Below the pieces are notes generated by a model. That model searched no databases. It had not been told where the DNA came from and saw nothing but the letters and a program-made list of their open reading frames with translations. DNA of 64,000 nucleotides from Podarcis gaigeae (Eukaryota), in NCBI GenBank assembly GCA_964106915.2, contig OZ066927.1; one strand, given 5' to 3'. The position numbers were made by a program, and so were the translations under genes. Shown one piece after another: positions 37,675 through 50,220 of this stretch; position 1 is the first letter of the stretch, and each line of letters begins with the position of its first letter.

Positions 37675-37980
37675 GGCCACATTCACACCATACCAAGCAC
37701 TTTGATCTCACTTTTAACAGTCATGGTTTCCCCCAAAGGATTCTGGGAGCTGTAATTTGTTAAGGGTACTGTTAGGAGACCGCTATTCCCCACCCTGAAC
37801 TACCATTCACAGAGAGGTTTAACAATCAATCTCTCTTCACAGGGAACTCTGGGAATTATAGTTCATGGAGGAGAGTACACAGGTCTCCTAACAAACTACA
37901 GATCACAGAATTCTTTGGGGGAAGCCAAGACTGTTTAAAGCAGTATCATAGCACTTCAGATATATGGTGTGCATGTGGTC
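37675..37980. mobile_element. Long palindromic MITE (Harbinger-like)
   Basis: GGCCACATTCACACCATA...TATGGTGTGCATGTGGTC, self-complementary throughout. Other copies at 45262-45965, 48120-48572 and 61437-61770. Confidence 0.75.
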
Positions 37981-38552
37981 GGAATCAAACTGTTCGCAGC
38001 TGAATAGCAAAACCAAGGGGTTCCCCAAGTGTTGTGGACAAGTTCCTTTTCCAAACATGTCCCCATTCCTGCCTAGGAATGGAAACATGTCACCTTGCTC
38101 TGAAGGACACAGACAGGATTTAATTTCCTCCCCACCATCCTGTGAAGCCTATTTGGTGGCCTATTATTAGGTGTAAGTCTCATAGAGCTGGAAGTGTTAA
38201 GTTATATTATTTCAACCTCACTTTCCTGCATTCAAATAATAGATATGGGTGGTGCTGGTAAATAAATGCATTTTGGTTTGAATTTTAATATGAACCTAAC
38301 TAATTCACATGTCCACAAACAATATGTGAACTGAAATGCAGCTGCCCTTCAAAAGTTGTACTTCTCTGAATTTTTGCAATGCAAACCTGCAATCAAGGAA
38401 TATGTACCAAAATGTGTGCATTAGGAAAGCATCAGTTGATATTGGGTTCATGGCCAATGGGTGTGATTATTCTCCCCCCTCCCCTCATTAGTTTACTGAA
38501 CTCGCAAGGGGGTACTAGGGATAGTGGAGAAATTTGATTCTGTTTGCATATA

Positions 38553-38793
38553 AAGTCGTACCTTGGAGGTCGAACGGAATCCGTTCTGGAAGTCCATTTG
38601 ACTTCCAAAACATTCGGAAACCAAAGCATGGCTTCTGATTGGCTGCAGGAAGCTCCTGCTTTGGAAGCCACAGAAGCCCCATCGGATGTTCAGGTTCCAA
38701 GAAATGTTCGCAAACCGGAACACTCCCAGTTTTGTGGTGTTCAGGATACAAAACATCCGAGCAACAAGGCGTTTGGGATCCAAGTTATGACTG
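38553..38793. mobile_element. Mariner-type MITE nested in the AT-rich element 38516-39222
   Basis: TA|AAGTCGTACCTTGGA...TCCAAGTTATGACTG|TG. A related fragment lies at 4550-4616. Confidence 0.7.
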
Positions 38794-39078
38794 TGAAGGC
38801 AAGCCTACCTAATTCCAAATTTCCAAATCAATTCAAGAACCCAAAAAACAAGTCATTCTTTCACATATGAACTTTCATTGAATTTTTCCATGTAGCTAAG
38901 TAATGTGTGTAAAAGTAAGGCATGCATTTAAAACGCATGTATTCCAACTCTAAAATGCATTCCAACTCTACAATTCTATGATTTGGGGAAATTGCTTTGC
39001 AAAAAGGCGTATGTGAGGCAATATTGCATACAAGCATGTATTAGGATAAATTTGCTGGTAAATTTCCTGAGGATATGG

Positions 39079-39136
39079 ATATATATACGTGTGTGTGTGT
39101 GTGTGTGTGCATGCACACACACACACACACACACAC
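39079..39136. repeat. Alternating purine-pyrimidine tract containing a perfect 46-bp (GT)10GCATGC(AC)10 palindrome
   Basis: Direct reading; palindrome at 39089-39134. Confidence 0.95.
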
Positions 39137-40162
39137 AATCCTATGTGGAAATATTGAAAACAGAACTTAATATTGAGAAAATGAGAAATTGAGAGAATCT
39201 GAAATTGACATATTGGCCCATCTGCAGGGGATGCAGGCAAACACTCTGTTGCTCAGGCAAACATTCAGTGATTTCACAGAGGTCATCCAGACCCGCTGGA
39301 GAAAGTTCAACATACACACCAGGTACATGCACACCTTGGCATAAAGCCATGAGGAGAGTTTGCATATGAAAAATGGGGGGGGGGGCTTCAACACTGTACG
39401 GTGTAGCTGATTTTGTTTGCCACTGATGGAGGGAGCTGGAATTCTGGGCAGTGAGTGTTTGCATCTTTGATCTCAATAAGGCATCTCTGCCTGACAAATA
39501 GTCTGAGATGTGAGAAAATAAGTGTTGGCTCTTAAGGAGGGGGGAGTGCAAGAAACAAATTGGCCCAGGCCAAAGAAAATACTGGCCAGTGTCAGCTACT
39601 ATGCGGAAGCTGGTTTTCCACCCTTCCTATAAAAATTCTGACTTAGCTCATGGTGTTAAAAAGAGGGGAGGGGGAGATAAAAAATAAAGGAAAGGGAGCC
39701 CATGAATCATTTATAGGCAAAAAGATGAAACCAGACGTCAGAGCTGGAGAGGGTCTGAGGAAGGGAACATTTCATTATTTATGGGGCTGGATTTTGAACT
39801 GCAGGAACCTTTTCCTCACACTCTTAACCTTTTCCTTTCATGAGCTGCTCAGAGATAATGTGCTCTGATGTGCCACCCACTTCCTGCAGATAATTGTATT
39901 TTTTGTTTTGTTTTTAAAAACCAAGAGCTAATCAGTGTCTTTCCTCTGTTTGCAGCTTATTCCTTGGCCTGTTGGCCCGAGACATTCCTTTAGTGAGGTT
40001 TATAACTGGACTGTGACTGCATAGCCTTTGGAAAGGGTGCAAGGAAATGGCACACTTTGGGGTGTTTCACATAGGGGTCACGGACCCCTGAATGAAATTC
40101 ATCTCCCCATTTTTAGTCAGTTCATTCTCCCTCCAAGAAACCTTTCAAAAAAGTACTGGTTG

Positions 40163-40790
40163 AGGAACATAGGAAGAGTTCTGTTGGATCAGGCCAGTGG
40201 TCCGTTTAGTCCAGCATCCTGTTCTCACAGTAGCTGACAAGATGCCTCGGTTGGGAAGCCCACAAGTCAGACCTGAGTGAAACAACATGTTTGCCACTTA
40301 TGAATCCCAGCATCTGGTATTCTGAGGCACATGTGGTAACCAGTGAATTAGCTGCATCAAACTAAATTTTATTCGGAATAGACCCACTGAAATGAATGGG
40401 CCTAAATTAGTCATGGTCATTAATTCCCATGGGTCTACTCTGAGTAAACCATAGATTCTCCTAGATATAGTTTGCTAGTTACTATACACTCTTGACATCT
40501 TCAGTAAGGAAGGAATTCTACTCAGCTATCATGACCAGAAGCTGCATATAAGACTTTTTGTCCATGAATTTGTCTAATCCCATTTGAAAGTCATTCAACC
40601 TAATGGTTAAGACCACACCTTGAAGACATGAATTCTATAAATTGTGTGCTATTTTTCTGTCCTGATTTTCTTAGCAGTTTCAGTCAATGCCCCTGGGTTT
40701 TACAAGAAACACTTCTCTTCATTACCTTTTCCCAATGCCATGCATAATTTTATAAACCTATTGTGCCTCCTCCCTAAACTAAAATGTTCC
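40163..40790 (-). mobile_element. Degraded CR1/L3 3' fragment (interrupted)
   Basis: GAACATAGGAAGAG..GGATCAGGCCAGTGGTCC..AGTCCAGCATCCTGTTCTCACAGT and CCATGAATTTGTCTAATCC motifs. Confidence 0.65.
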
Positions 40791-41616
40791 ACTTATGGTA
40801 CTCTAGCCTTCCCCAGCCTGGTGCCCTCCAGTTGTTTTGGACTACAATTCCCATCAGCCCCAGCCAGCATAGCCAACAATCAGGAATGATTGGAATAATA
40901 GTATGAAATTCTGGAGGTTACCATATTGGGGAGGTCTGCTGCAATCTTTCCTCACATTTCACCTGAGGAAGTTATACATATGAAAGTGGATGAAAAAGGT
41001 CAGCAAATCCCACACCAGGGACAAAACTTGTACTCCTAGACTAATGACACCAATTTGTTGAGATAGTTTTATATAATATCAATGCAGCTGGCGGAGTCTT
41101 CCAGAACTCTTCCTTCTTCACCAGGTGCAGGAGACTCTCTGGGGGTCATCTTGAATCTCACAGCATCTTCCAGGCATCATGAGAACAGAAAACTCTATTG
41201 AACATATTCCCTGTATTTCTGTCATCTCTCACGAAGCGCCACTCCTCCTTTGAACAGCATCTCATGCAACAGTAATTGACCAAACTTATTTGGAAGAAAC
41301 AGTCTAAGAACCACTTTCTTTGATCTGGCCACCCCCAGCATTTCTCCCAGGAATGAAAGCAGAGTCTTGAGACATAAAAATGGCTTGGCTCAAAGATCTG
41401 CAAACAGCAAAGGCCCGTCAGAGTGTTTACTAGACCCATCTTGTATTTTACTTTAGGAAAACATTTTAGGAAAAGATTCCTCCTAAGAGAAAAGGAAAGA
41501 GGGGCTCTGGCAGTTGAACGTGTAGGAAAATGATCTGTGGTGTTTGGCCATGTGGCTTTGAATCTTAGTTTCTGGGGAGGAGCCATAGCTTGACGATAGC
41601 ACTTCCTGTCTAAGCA

Positions 41617-42051
41617 CAGCCCCTCCTATTTTCCAGGGACAGTCCCAGATTTACAGAAGCCATCCCAGTTTGTGATTTGATCCCAGAATGCTCTGCATTT
41701 CCTTAGGACATCCCTATTTTCATCAGAGAGATGTTGGAGGGTCTGGTAGGATGTCCTATTTTCTTTGGTCCTATTTTCTTTGGAGCGTATGGAGTTATGC
41801 GACCCCTGAGCCAAGGAGATAAGTAACTATACAACCTTTCGAAGACATCTGAAGGCAGCACTGTATAAGGAAGTTCTTTAATGTTTAATGTTTTATTATG
41901 TTTTTATATATGTTGGAAGCTGCCCAGAGTGGCTTGGACAACCCAGTCAGATGAGCAGGATATAGATAATAAAATTATTTTTATTTTTATTTTTATTTTT
42001 ATTATTCAATAGGACATTCCTCTTTTCATCAGAGAAATGTTGGAAGGTATG
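41617..42051. mobile_element. Composite MITE carrying an internal L2 3' end (copy 1)
   Basis: CCTATTTTCCAGGGACAGTCCC...ATGTTGGAGGGT, then an L2 tail (GAAGACATCTGAAGGCAGC...CCCAGAGTGGCT...CAGTCAGATG), then a repeat of AGGACAT.CC..TTTTCATCAGAGAAATGTTGGAAGGTATG. Confidence 0.75.
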
Positions 42052-44681
42052 TAAGTAGAGCATCCCAGCTTGAACAATGAGGCACTATCTCCACCAAAGA
42101 ACACACATTTTCCACTTCTAAATCTCTTTGAGGTTTGGTTACAATCAAGTGCTAAATAAATGTTGTAAAACAAATGAATGCAGAAGATCCCAGGATTCCT
42201 GTCTGAACCCCTGGGGAGCTGTTGCCACTCAGAGTCGACAATACTGAGTTAGAGGGATCACTAGTCAAACATGCTCTAAGGCAGCTGCCAATGTTTTCTT
42301 TTATTTATTGAAATGTTCATAGGCTGCAGTTTCATAAAAGGAGGCATATAGCTCACAAAATTACAATATGGATAATAAAAACATCAATGGGAATGCCTGT
42401 AAAAGCATCACGGAACACTGGTCAGTAAAAGGAAACTCACACTGCAAAGGCTGATCTAAGTAAAACACAGCTTTTAGGAGACATTTGAAAGAAGGCAGGA
42501 TTGATTCCTGCTGAACCTCTACTGGCCGGAAGTTCCACAGGACATGACCTACCATGCTAAAGGCTTGGTGCCTAGTAAGGGCTGACCAAGCCTCAGGCAT
42601 GGGGTGGAACCACAAGGAGGGCCTCATTGGAGGAATTCAGTGATTGAGGTGGAGCTTAAGGAACCATTGGTCCCAAGTTGTTTCATGATTTGTGAATTAA
42701 GACAAGAAACCAGTTCAGGGACTGGGATGTGTACGGCCTGAGACAGCCCCATGGTTGTTATGGAGGCTGTGAAATCCTAAGCCAGTCCAACTGCAGCCTC
42801 AGCATAGATGTCAAAGATATCCAGAATTATTGTCTGGGATGCCTCAGTCAGGGATGCTGTTTGGCAGTTGGGTGGTGGTGGTACACAAACAGCATCCCTA
42901 AATTTCCTATGCTTGCCCACTTTGGCTACAGCATGAGAACTTTCTCCTCCTTATATTCCATAGGGCGATACACCCTATCCTTCGTTTCAGGCAAATCTGC
43001 CTTACAAAAATTGAAAGCAGAAAAGTAGATGGTATTTGAGTAGACTAATCGTGTCACGTACTATCTATTGCTTATTAAGAGGTTTAACAAGCCCAGCTAA
43101 TTACAATGTACTCAAGGATTTTCCAGCTTAGGGAAACTGTCCTTGTTTGTTTGTGTCAATGCATTTAACATATTAACTCTCCAATTAAATGGGGGGTTTG
43201 TATGCGAGGGCACTTGCAGCATCACCTCTGGAAAGGGGATTTTAGACAGAGGGAAGGATGCCTTGCATTTAGCAAACAATGCTTAAAAATTTTGAAATCA
43301 ATAAGCGTGCTTGATATTGTATTTGCAGCTGCAAATGACATCCTTCATTGTTACTAACAAACTTATGAAATAGGGGTGGGGGGAATTCCCATGGAAAAAA
43401 TAAAGCAGTGGAATTTTTTTCAGGGGGAAAAATCCATTCTACATCATTGTTGTCAGCCTATACAGATATGGTATTTATTTTATTTGTAAAACAAACAGAC
43501 AAACTTATGCAGTACTGCAATTTCATTTTTTAAAAAAATCAAAGTGATTTGTACCTATTTAAAAACAAACCCCAAAATATTTTTTTAAAAGCAAATCACC
43601 ACTTGACACTTAATGGAAAATATGTCTCTTAATTGCCTACATAAATCCTGGCAGCAAAGAAAAGTTTACAACAAACATTTGAAGATTAATATAGATGATG
43701 CATGCTTAATTGAAGATTATAAAATAAGTCTGTTAGTTTTCCAATATTCCCCCAAAATAGCCAAATTGTAACAATATCAATTAATTCCCAATTAATGCAA
43801 TTATTCAAATACCAATCAACTTCCAATTAATACATTTTAGTTAAAGTGGATCCCCCCATGGTGGATTTGATAATTGAAGATTATCTATATTAATGTGTGC
43901 TCTGTTGAAAGAATGTTTCACAGAAGTGCTTCCCTATTCAATCTCCCATTCTCTTCCTGGAATCATCACCTTCTAGTGTGACTTCTCAAATACCCCATAT
44001 TCGCTTTTCCTGATAGGACTCCCCTTTTAGGTGCCTGTGCTCACCATGAAGTTAACAGTAAGTGTCACACTTTTTAACCAAAATGAAAAGAGGTGCCAGT
44101 ACTCACTATGAAGCTGTTATAGTAAGTGCCACACTTTTTAACAAGCAAAAAAGTTGTACCAGTACTGAATACCCTTGATTACCCCCTTAAAAGCTTTGCG
44201 TACTCCTCTTTTACATAAACAAAAATTCTGTGCACCTAGGAGCAGGGAACATGATGTCAAGGAGAAGAATTCTACCCTAGCCTTCTCCTTGGCATATTCG
44301 TTTTCTCTGTGCAGGGAATTTATTTTCATGGGCAAACATCCCAACAAAAGAATTTCCTGACTGAGGTCCGATGAGATACTGTCTAGGAACAGTTTAGCCC
44401 CTTCATCTGTTTCTTTTCTGAACCAAGCCTAAGAGCCAGTAAGCTTGCCATCTGTTTTGGATCATCTCAGAGACACACACCTGGAAAAGCAAACCTCTAG
44501 GAAGACCTGACCGGATTGAGACTTTGGGAGTTCATGCCTGTATCCTCAGAGGAGTGAACCACCGCAGCCCATATATCCAGTTCATAAATGGAGAGTCTAT
44601 TTAGATTGTCAACAAGCATTTGACAAATCTTCACGTTGGAGATTAATGGGCAAACTTAAGAATTCCAAAGGAGTTGGAGAA

Positions 44682-44687
44682 TGTGTG

Positions 44688-44720
<33 letters not shown>
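44682..44720. repeat. (TG)n(CG)n(CA)n microsatellite
   Basis: Direct reading. Confidence 0.9.
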
Positions 44721-45474
44721 GAGAAATCTGTATGAGGACTGTTGATGACAATGAAGTTTCAACTGAATATTCTGTAGCTGTAGGGAAGAGGTCAGAAGCA
44801 TGAGGCCTCCTGAGTGCTTTTAAAGGTCCTCTGTGTTCCTAATCTGCATTAATGCATTTTGTCGAAAATAATAAATAGCTCCAGGCAAAATTCACCCCCT
44901 TAAGTTTAGTCTAATCGCTGGCAATGACTGAGTGCAGTCTAAACATCTCTAAGGAGTGACTAAGAATTAGTTCTGTTTTGGAAAAGAAAGAGGAAGGAAG
45001 GAGACAGAACAGCCTTTTCCAATCTCGTGCCTTCCAGACATTTTGGACCTGCAAAACCCAAGGATAGTGGGAATTGCTTTCTGAGACATCTTGAGGGCAC
45101 CTGGTTGGGAAAGGCTGAGTTAGAATAAGAAAAATTTAAGCAAATTAATGGGAGGATATAGGGAAATGGAGTAGATACAGTATTCATAAGAATGTCTCAG
45201 CAAATAGATTAGTACAGCCATGCTAGTTGTATTATAACTGCAGGTACCATATCATAACTTGGGTCCCATCTGCACTATATATTTTAAGGAGTATCATACC
45301 ATTTTAAGCAGTCAGGGCTTCTCCCAAATAATCCTGGGAAGAATCCTGATTTCTTAAGAATGCTAAAAATTGTTAGGAGACTTCCTATCCTCCTCACAGT
45401 GCTACAACTCCCAATGTTCCCTGGGAAGAGGGATTGTTTCCTAAACCACTCTGTGGGGAGAATTGGAGTCTCCT

Positions 45475-45862
45475 GTTGTTGTTTAGTCATTTAGTCGTGT
45501 CCGACTCTTCGTGACCCCATGGACCAGAGCATGCCAGGCACTCGCGTCTTCCACTGCCTCCCACACTTTGGTCAAACTCTTGCTGGTAGCTTCGAGAACA
45601 CTGTCCAACCATCTCGTCCTCTGTCATCCCCTTCTCCTTGTGCCCTCCATCTTTCCCAACATCAGGTACTTTTCAAGGGAGTCTTCTCTTCTCATGAGGT
45701 GGCCAAAGCATTGGAGTATCAGCTTCAGTATCTGTCCTTCCAGTGAACACTCAGGGCTGATTTCCTTAAGAATGGATAGGTTTGATCTTCTTGCAGTCCA
45801 TGGGACTCTCAAGAGTCTCCTCCAGCACCATAATTCAAAAGCATCAATTCAAAAGCATCAAA
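45475..45862 (-). mobile_element. BovB (RTE) LINE 3' end inserted in the palindromic MITE 45262-45965
   Basis: ORF RVPWTARRSNLSILKEISPECSLEGQILKL..FGHLMRREDSLEK.LMLGKMEGTRRRG is the BovB C-terminus. GAGTCGGACACGACT motif and (CAA)n tail; TSD TCTCCT at 45469-45474 / 45863-45868. Confidence 0.93.
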
Positions 45863-47016
45863 TCTCCTAGCAACACCCTTTTAAAAAATGAGAGTTCCCA
45901 GGAAACTTGGGGGGGGGGGGGGAGGAATATGGTACTCCTTGAAATCTATAGTGCAGATGGTGACCTAGTCATTTGTACTATCTTTCCAGCGATCACAAAT
46001 GGGAGCCTGTTGAGTCATTCTAAATTATGTAGAATGAGGGGGATAGAATTCTGGACCCTCTCATTGCTGGTGTGAAACCAAGTTTTTAAATAGTTCAGCT
46101 TTTTGATTATGGCGGTTTAGAAAACGGCAGGAGGTTTACAATATGAAATATATCATAAAAATAAAATATCAGGCCAGATCAGATATGGAATTAAATAATA
46201 TACAGTAGATCATACTTAGATTAACAGGAAAAGAAAGCACACACACCCTTAAGTGTTTATTTCAAGCAGTAAACTAGCAGATCAGAGGGAATAGGTTTTT
46301 TTGGTTTTTTGTTTGCTTTTGCCTCCATTTTTTGGGGGAGGGGGTTTCCACTTTTCATTGTACGTTGCCTATGGGAGATAGGGAAATCTGTGCAAATCTG
46401 AAAGCATTTATTTAAAAGGTATCTTTTGGTACTCAAGTGACAAGTTGCAGTAGCTATTCTCCTTGGGTTGGTTTTCATGAGAAGCAGTGGTCCATGTGTG
46501 GTTTGAATCTAAGAGGTGCATAAGTCAGGGATGCCATGAAACCTGTTTCTCGTATTTAAGCAGTGCTTCTTCTTCTTTGAGTAAATTGACTTGCAGGGAG
46601 GTGTAGCAAGGTGTCTTTCCTTGAGTTACAAACCTCCCAAAGAAACCCTCTCTTCAAATATCCAGACTTGTCTACTTCTAATGAGCTCAGTATGTGCAGA
46701 TCATTAAAAGACCTAGCAAAGGAATGTATATGAAGATCTCCGGCTGCAATCTTATGCACACTTAGTTAAGCTGTTGGTAGGGAGGGTCAAATCTGACTCC
46801 CCCCCCCCCCCCGCTCCAATCTTAAATTTAGTTATCTACATTTCCACATTGATTTACCATGAGATTTTTTTTGAAAAATAAAACCCGCCAACATTTCAGT
46901 GTGAATGTCTTTTAATAGACGTTTGCCTGCATTTCCTAATATATGCATTTTTTGCAAAGCGATTTCCCCTGGTAGAATGCATTTTTGTTTGTCATTTTCC
47001 CATATAGATGCTCTTT

Positions 47017-47018
<2 letters not shown>

Positions 47019-47063
<45 letters not shown>
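47019..47063. repeat. (AAT)n microsatellite (tail of a short L2 fragment inside the AT-rich element)
   Basis: Direct reading; followed by CCCATCTGGCTGGGTTGCC. Confidence 0.85.
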
Positions 47064-47065
<2 letters not shown>

Positions 47066-48210
47066 CCATCTGGCTGGGTTGCCTCAACAACACATTACAC
47101 TAATATATGCATTTTTCTGCACATTAGTTGGCTGAAGAAATGCGTAGCAAAATTCAGAGATGTGCACATCTTAAAAGATGGCTGTGTTTTGGTACACACA
47201 CACACACACACACACACACATTTTTGGAAACACTGTGAATTAGGTTCACCATTAATTGTGAACTGAACTGATCCCTCCCCCCCCCCATCTGTAGATAACA
47301 GTAAGGCCCATCAAACGAAGTGGGAGTTACTTCTGAGTAAGCATGTCTGGGATTGCATTCTGAGGGGAACTAAATAGGTAACAGATAAAGGAGGATGGGA
47401 GAGGCACAGATGATTTAGGGTCAACATCCAGATGCCCAAAGTGTTCCATATAATCAAGATTCAGCAAGGTGGAAATTCTGACATTGATAGAAATAAGGAT
47501 CAGAGAGTCAGTATAAAAGGTACAAGTTTTAATTTGCTGTCAGCAGCTGGAATAGTAATTTCTAATTATTGGAGGGGAAAATTAAAACATCAACAGTATT
47601 AGAATGACTACGGAGATCTTGGGAAGCTTTTTTAAAATAAATAAATAAAGGATGAGACCCATAAATTCTTTCAGATTAAGGGTTGGCAAGATAAAATATT
47701 AAAGGTAAGTGACAACCTTTGGAATGCAAAAGAGACCAATACAATTTGATAATAGGGCAATTTTATCTTTTGTGCACAAAGAAATAAGTGGGTTGGGGGA
47801 GGAAATGACAGCCGTAATTGACAGTGTCTTGCTCTCCGAGCTGCCTTAATGATAACTCCACTTTTCCTTAATGAAGTTGTCAGAGCCAGACTATGGACAG
47901 TGGTTTGAAGGGAGTCAGGAACTGCAAGCCAGGATCAAAGGGGCAATCATGATCTGAGAACAAGACAGGAGAAGATCAGAGAGAAATTCAAAGCAGACAG
48001 TGAACTAGCAGATAGGACGGGAGACGAAGCCAGAAGTCAGGACCACAGGAACAAGGACAAAGGGCTGAAGGCTGGAGAAGTAGAAAAAGGCAAAACCAAA
48101 GACCAAGACCAAGCTCACGTTAAGCAGCATTGTCTTCCCCAAAGAACCCTGGGAGCTGTAGTTTTAAGGGTACTGAGATTCCCCTTGCAGAGCTACAATT
48201 TCCAGAGTAG

Positions 48211-48430
48211 TAGAAGAAAAAGAGTTTGGATTTGATATCCCGCTTTATCACTACCCAAAGGAATCTCAAAGCGGCTAACGTTCTCCTTTCCCTTCCTCCC
48301 CCACAACAACACTCTGTGAGGTGAGTGGGGCTGAGAGACTTCAGAGAAGTGTGACTAGCCCAAGGACACCCAGCAGCTGCATGTGGAGGAGCAGGGAATC
48401 GAACCTGGTTCACCAGATTACGAGTCCACC
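48211..48430 (-). mobile_element. 5'-truncated tRNA-derived SINE (Squam2/POM-SINE-like) inserted in a palindromic MITE
   Basis: The reverse complement has B-box GGTTCGATTCC, a CORE-like body, an L2-like end AGCCGCTTTGAG..AAAGCGGGATAT and a CTT-rich tail. The family name is tentative. Confidence 0.7.
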
Positions 48431-49204
48431 GGTCAATCTTTCTCCCAGGGAACTTTGGTAACTGTAGCTTTGTGAGCCTCCTAAGTGCCACAGTTCCCAT
48501 GAGTCTTTGGGGGAAGCCATGACTGTTAAAGTAGTATTATCATACTTTCAGTTGTGTTGTGTGAATGTGGCCTTTGTTATTCAACCAAGGCTTCGCTAGG
48601 ACAGGATGCCAACTTAGGTGGGTGGAAGTCAGCCCATAATGTTTTTCACTAAGAAGCTGTAGTGACACCACATAGGGGCAGTGGTCAGCATTTCCCGGCA
48701 CTACTGAGAAGCTGTAGCAAAACTGCTCAGGCTGCAAGTGATAGAATCACAGAATCACAGTTGAGTGTTGAGCACTTCCTGAGTGATGTGGATCATGCCA
48801 TGGTGCAGTGGTTTGTACAGATGTGTTTTCATTGTGAAATCTTTTTTGTCTAGAGATCCAGCTCACATGGGCAGACTGCTCTGTGTTTGGTGGGCTACAA
48901 TGCTGCAGGTATGCTCCCAGGTGTGCAGACATCACTGAGGAAGGGTGGATGTGGACACAGAATGAAAAAGGCTTAGCCCCACCTTCCCGCCTCATGCAAC
49001 GATAACTGCTTGCACCAAACACCAAGACTGAGCTGTTGTCATCCCTCTTCCTTACCCAAAAGTGCGCTCAAAACAGGAAACAATAGATGTGTCAAATGCA
49101 TACATTTAAAATCAATTACAAATGGAAATGTAAGCAAAGCCAGCAGCAGGAGCAATACTAAGGCAGTCAAGAAACAGCGAGAAGAACATTCATTATTCAA
49201 TACC

Positions 49205-50220
49205 TACAGGAATAAGAACTACAGAACCTGTTTGAAAAAGGAATAGAAGGACCCTGTGATTTACTCCAGTTGTATGCACAATAAACCTTACGGTTTAGTT
49301 CATCATCCTGTTCTAACAGTGGCCAACCAATTGCCTATGGGAAGCCTCCAAGCAAGTCCTGGGTGCAAGAGCACTCCCCACAGCAGCTGGAGTAAATTGT
49401 ACTGACAGTAAATGCATCTGACAGTGGAACATAGACATTGTGGCTAGTAGTCCCTGAAAGCCTTACCCCCCATTTCTTTGTCTATTCCTTTGTTAAAACC
49501 GTCCAAGGTGGAAGTCATCGTTGCACCTTCATAGAACCATAGAATTGTAGAGTTGGAAGGGACTCATCTAGTCTAACTCCCTACAATGCAGGAATCCAGC
49601 CCACAGCTGTCCCTGAGTGGGCTTGAACCACCAACCTTTTGGTTAACAGCCAGATCTTGTGGGAGAACATTCCATTCTTTAACTATGACTGCGTGAAATA
49701 CTTTCTTTTGTCTGTCCTGAATCTTCCTACATTCAGCTTCATTCAATGGCTCCAAGTTCTAGTAACATGAAAACTGGGGGGAGAGAAAACTTTTTTCTGC
49801 ACATTAAGCATAATCTTATACATCTCTGTCTTATCCCACTTTGCTCTCCTTTTCTCCCCCTAAACTGAAAAGGTCCCAAATGTTGCTACCTCGCCTCATA
49901 GAGGAGTTGCTCCAAACCCTCGAAATTATTGTGATTGCCTTGTTGATTTATTGCAATTATAACCCACCTTTTTTCTTCAAGAAGCTTTGGGGTGACATAC
50001 ATGATTCTCCCCATCCTCATTTAATCCCCAGAACAACTCCGTGATGTAGTTTAGGCTGAGAGACAGTGACTAGCCCGAGGTCACCCTGTGAGCTTCATGG
50101 CCAAGTGGGGATCTGAGTCCTGGTCTCCTAGACCTGATGCTCTAGCCACTACACCAAACCCTTTCCAGCTCTATGAAAGCCTTTCTGAGGTGAGGTTACC
50201 AGAGCTATACATAGTATTCC
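49205..50220 (-). mobile_element. Degraded CR1/L3 fragment with nested SINEs (tRNA head plus CR1-like tail at about 49531-49655; MIR-like at about 49935-50156)
   Basis: CR1 motifs as in 33489-34100. The nested block reads GGTGGTTCAAGCCC ... TTCCAACTCTACAATTCTATG on the - strand. Confidence 0.6.

Noticed and set aside
44030-44190. About 60-bp direct repeat as a CRISPR-like or functional array
   Set aside because: Only two degenerate units in vertebrate DNA; most likely internal repeats of a decayed DNA element.
46691-46765. YVQIIKR-like translation resembling the first kinase exon (YVQHIKRR)
   Set aside because: Wrong splice phase, no pyrimidine tract, similarity ends after 7 residues and the frame stops early.
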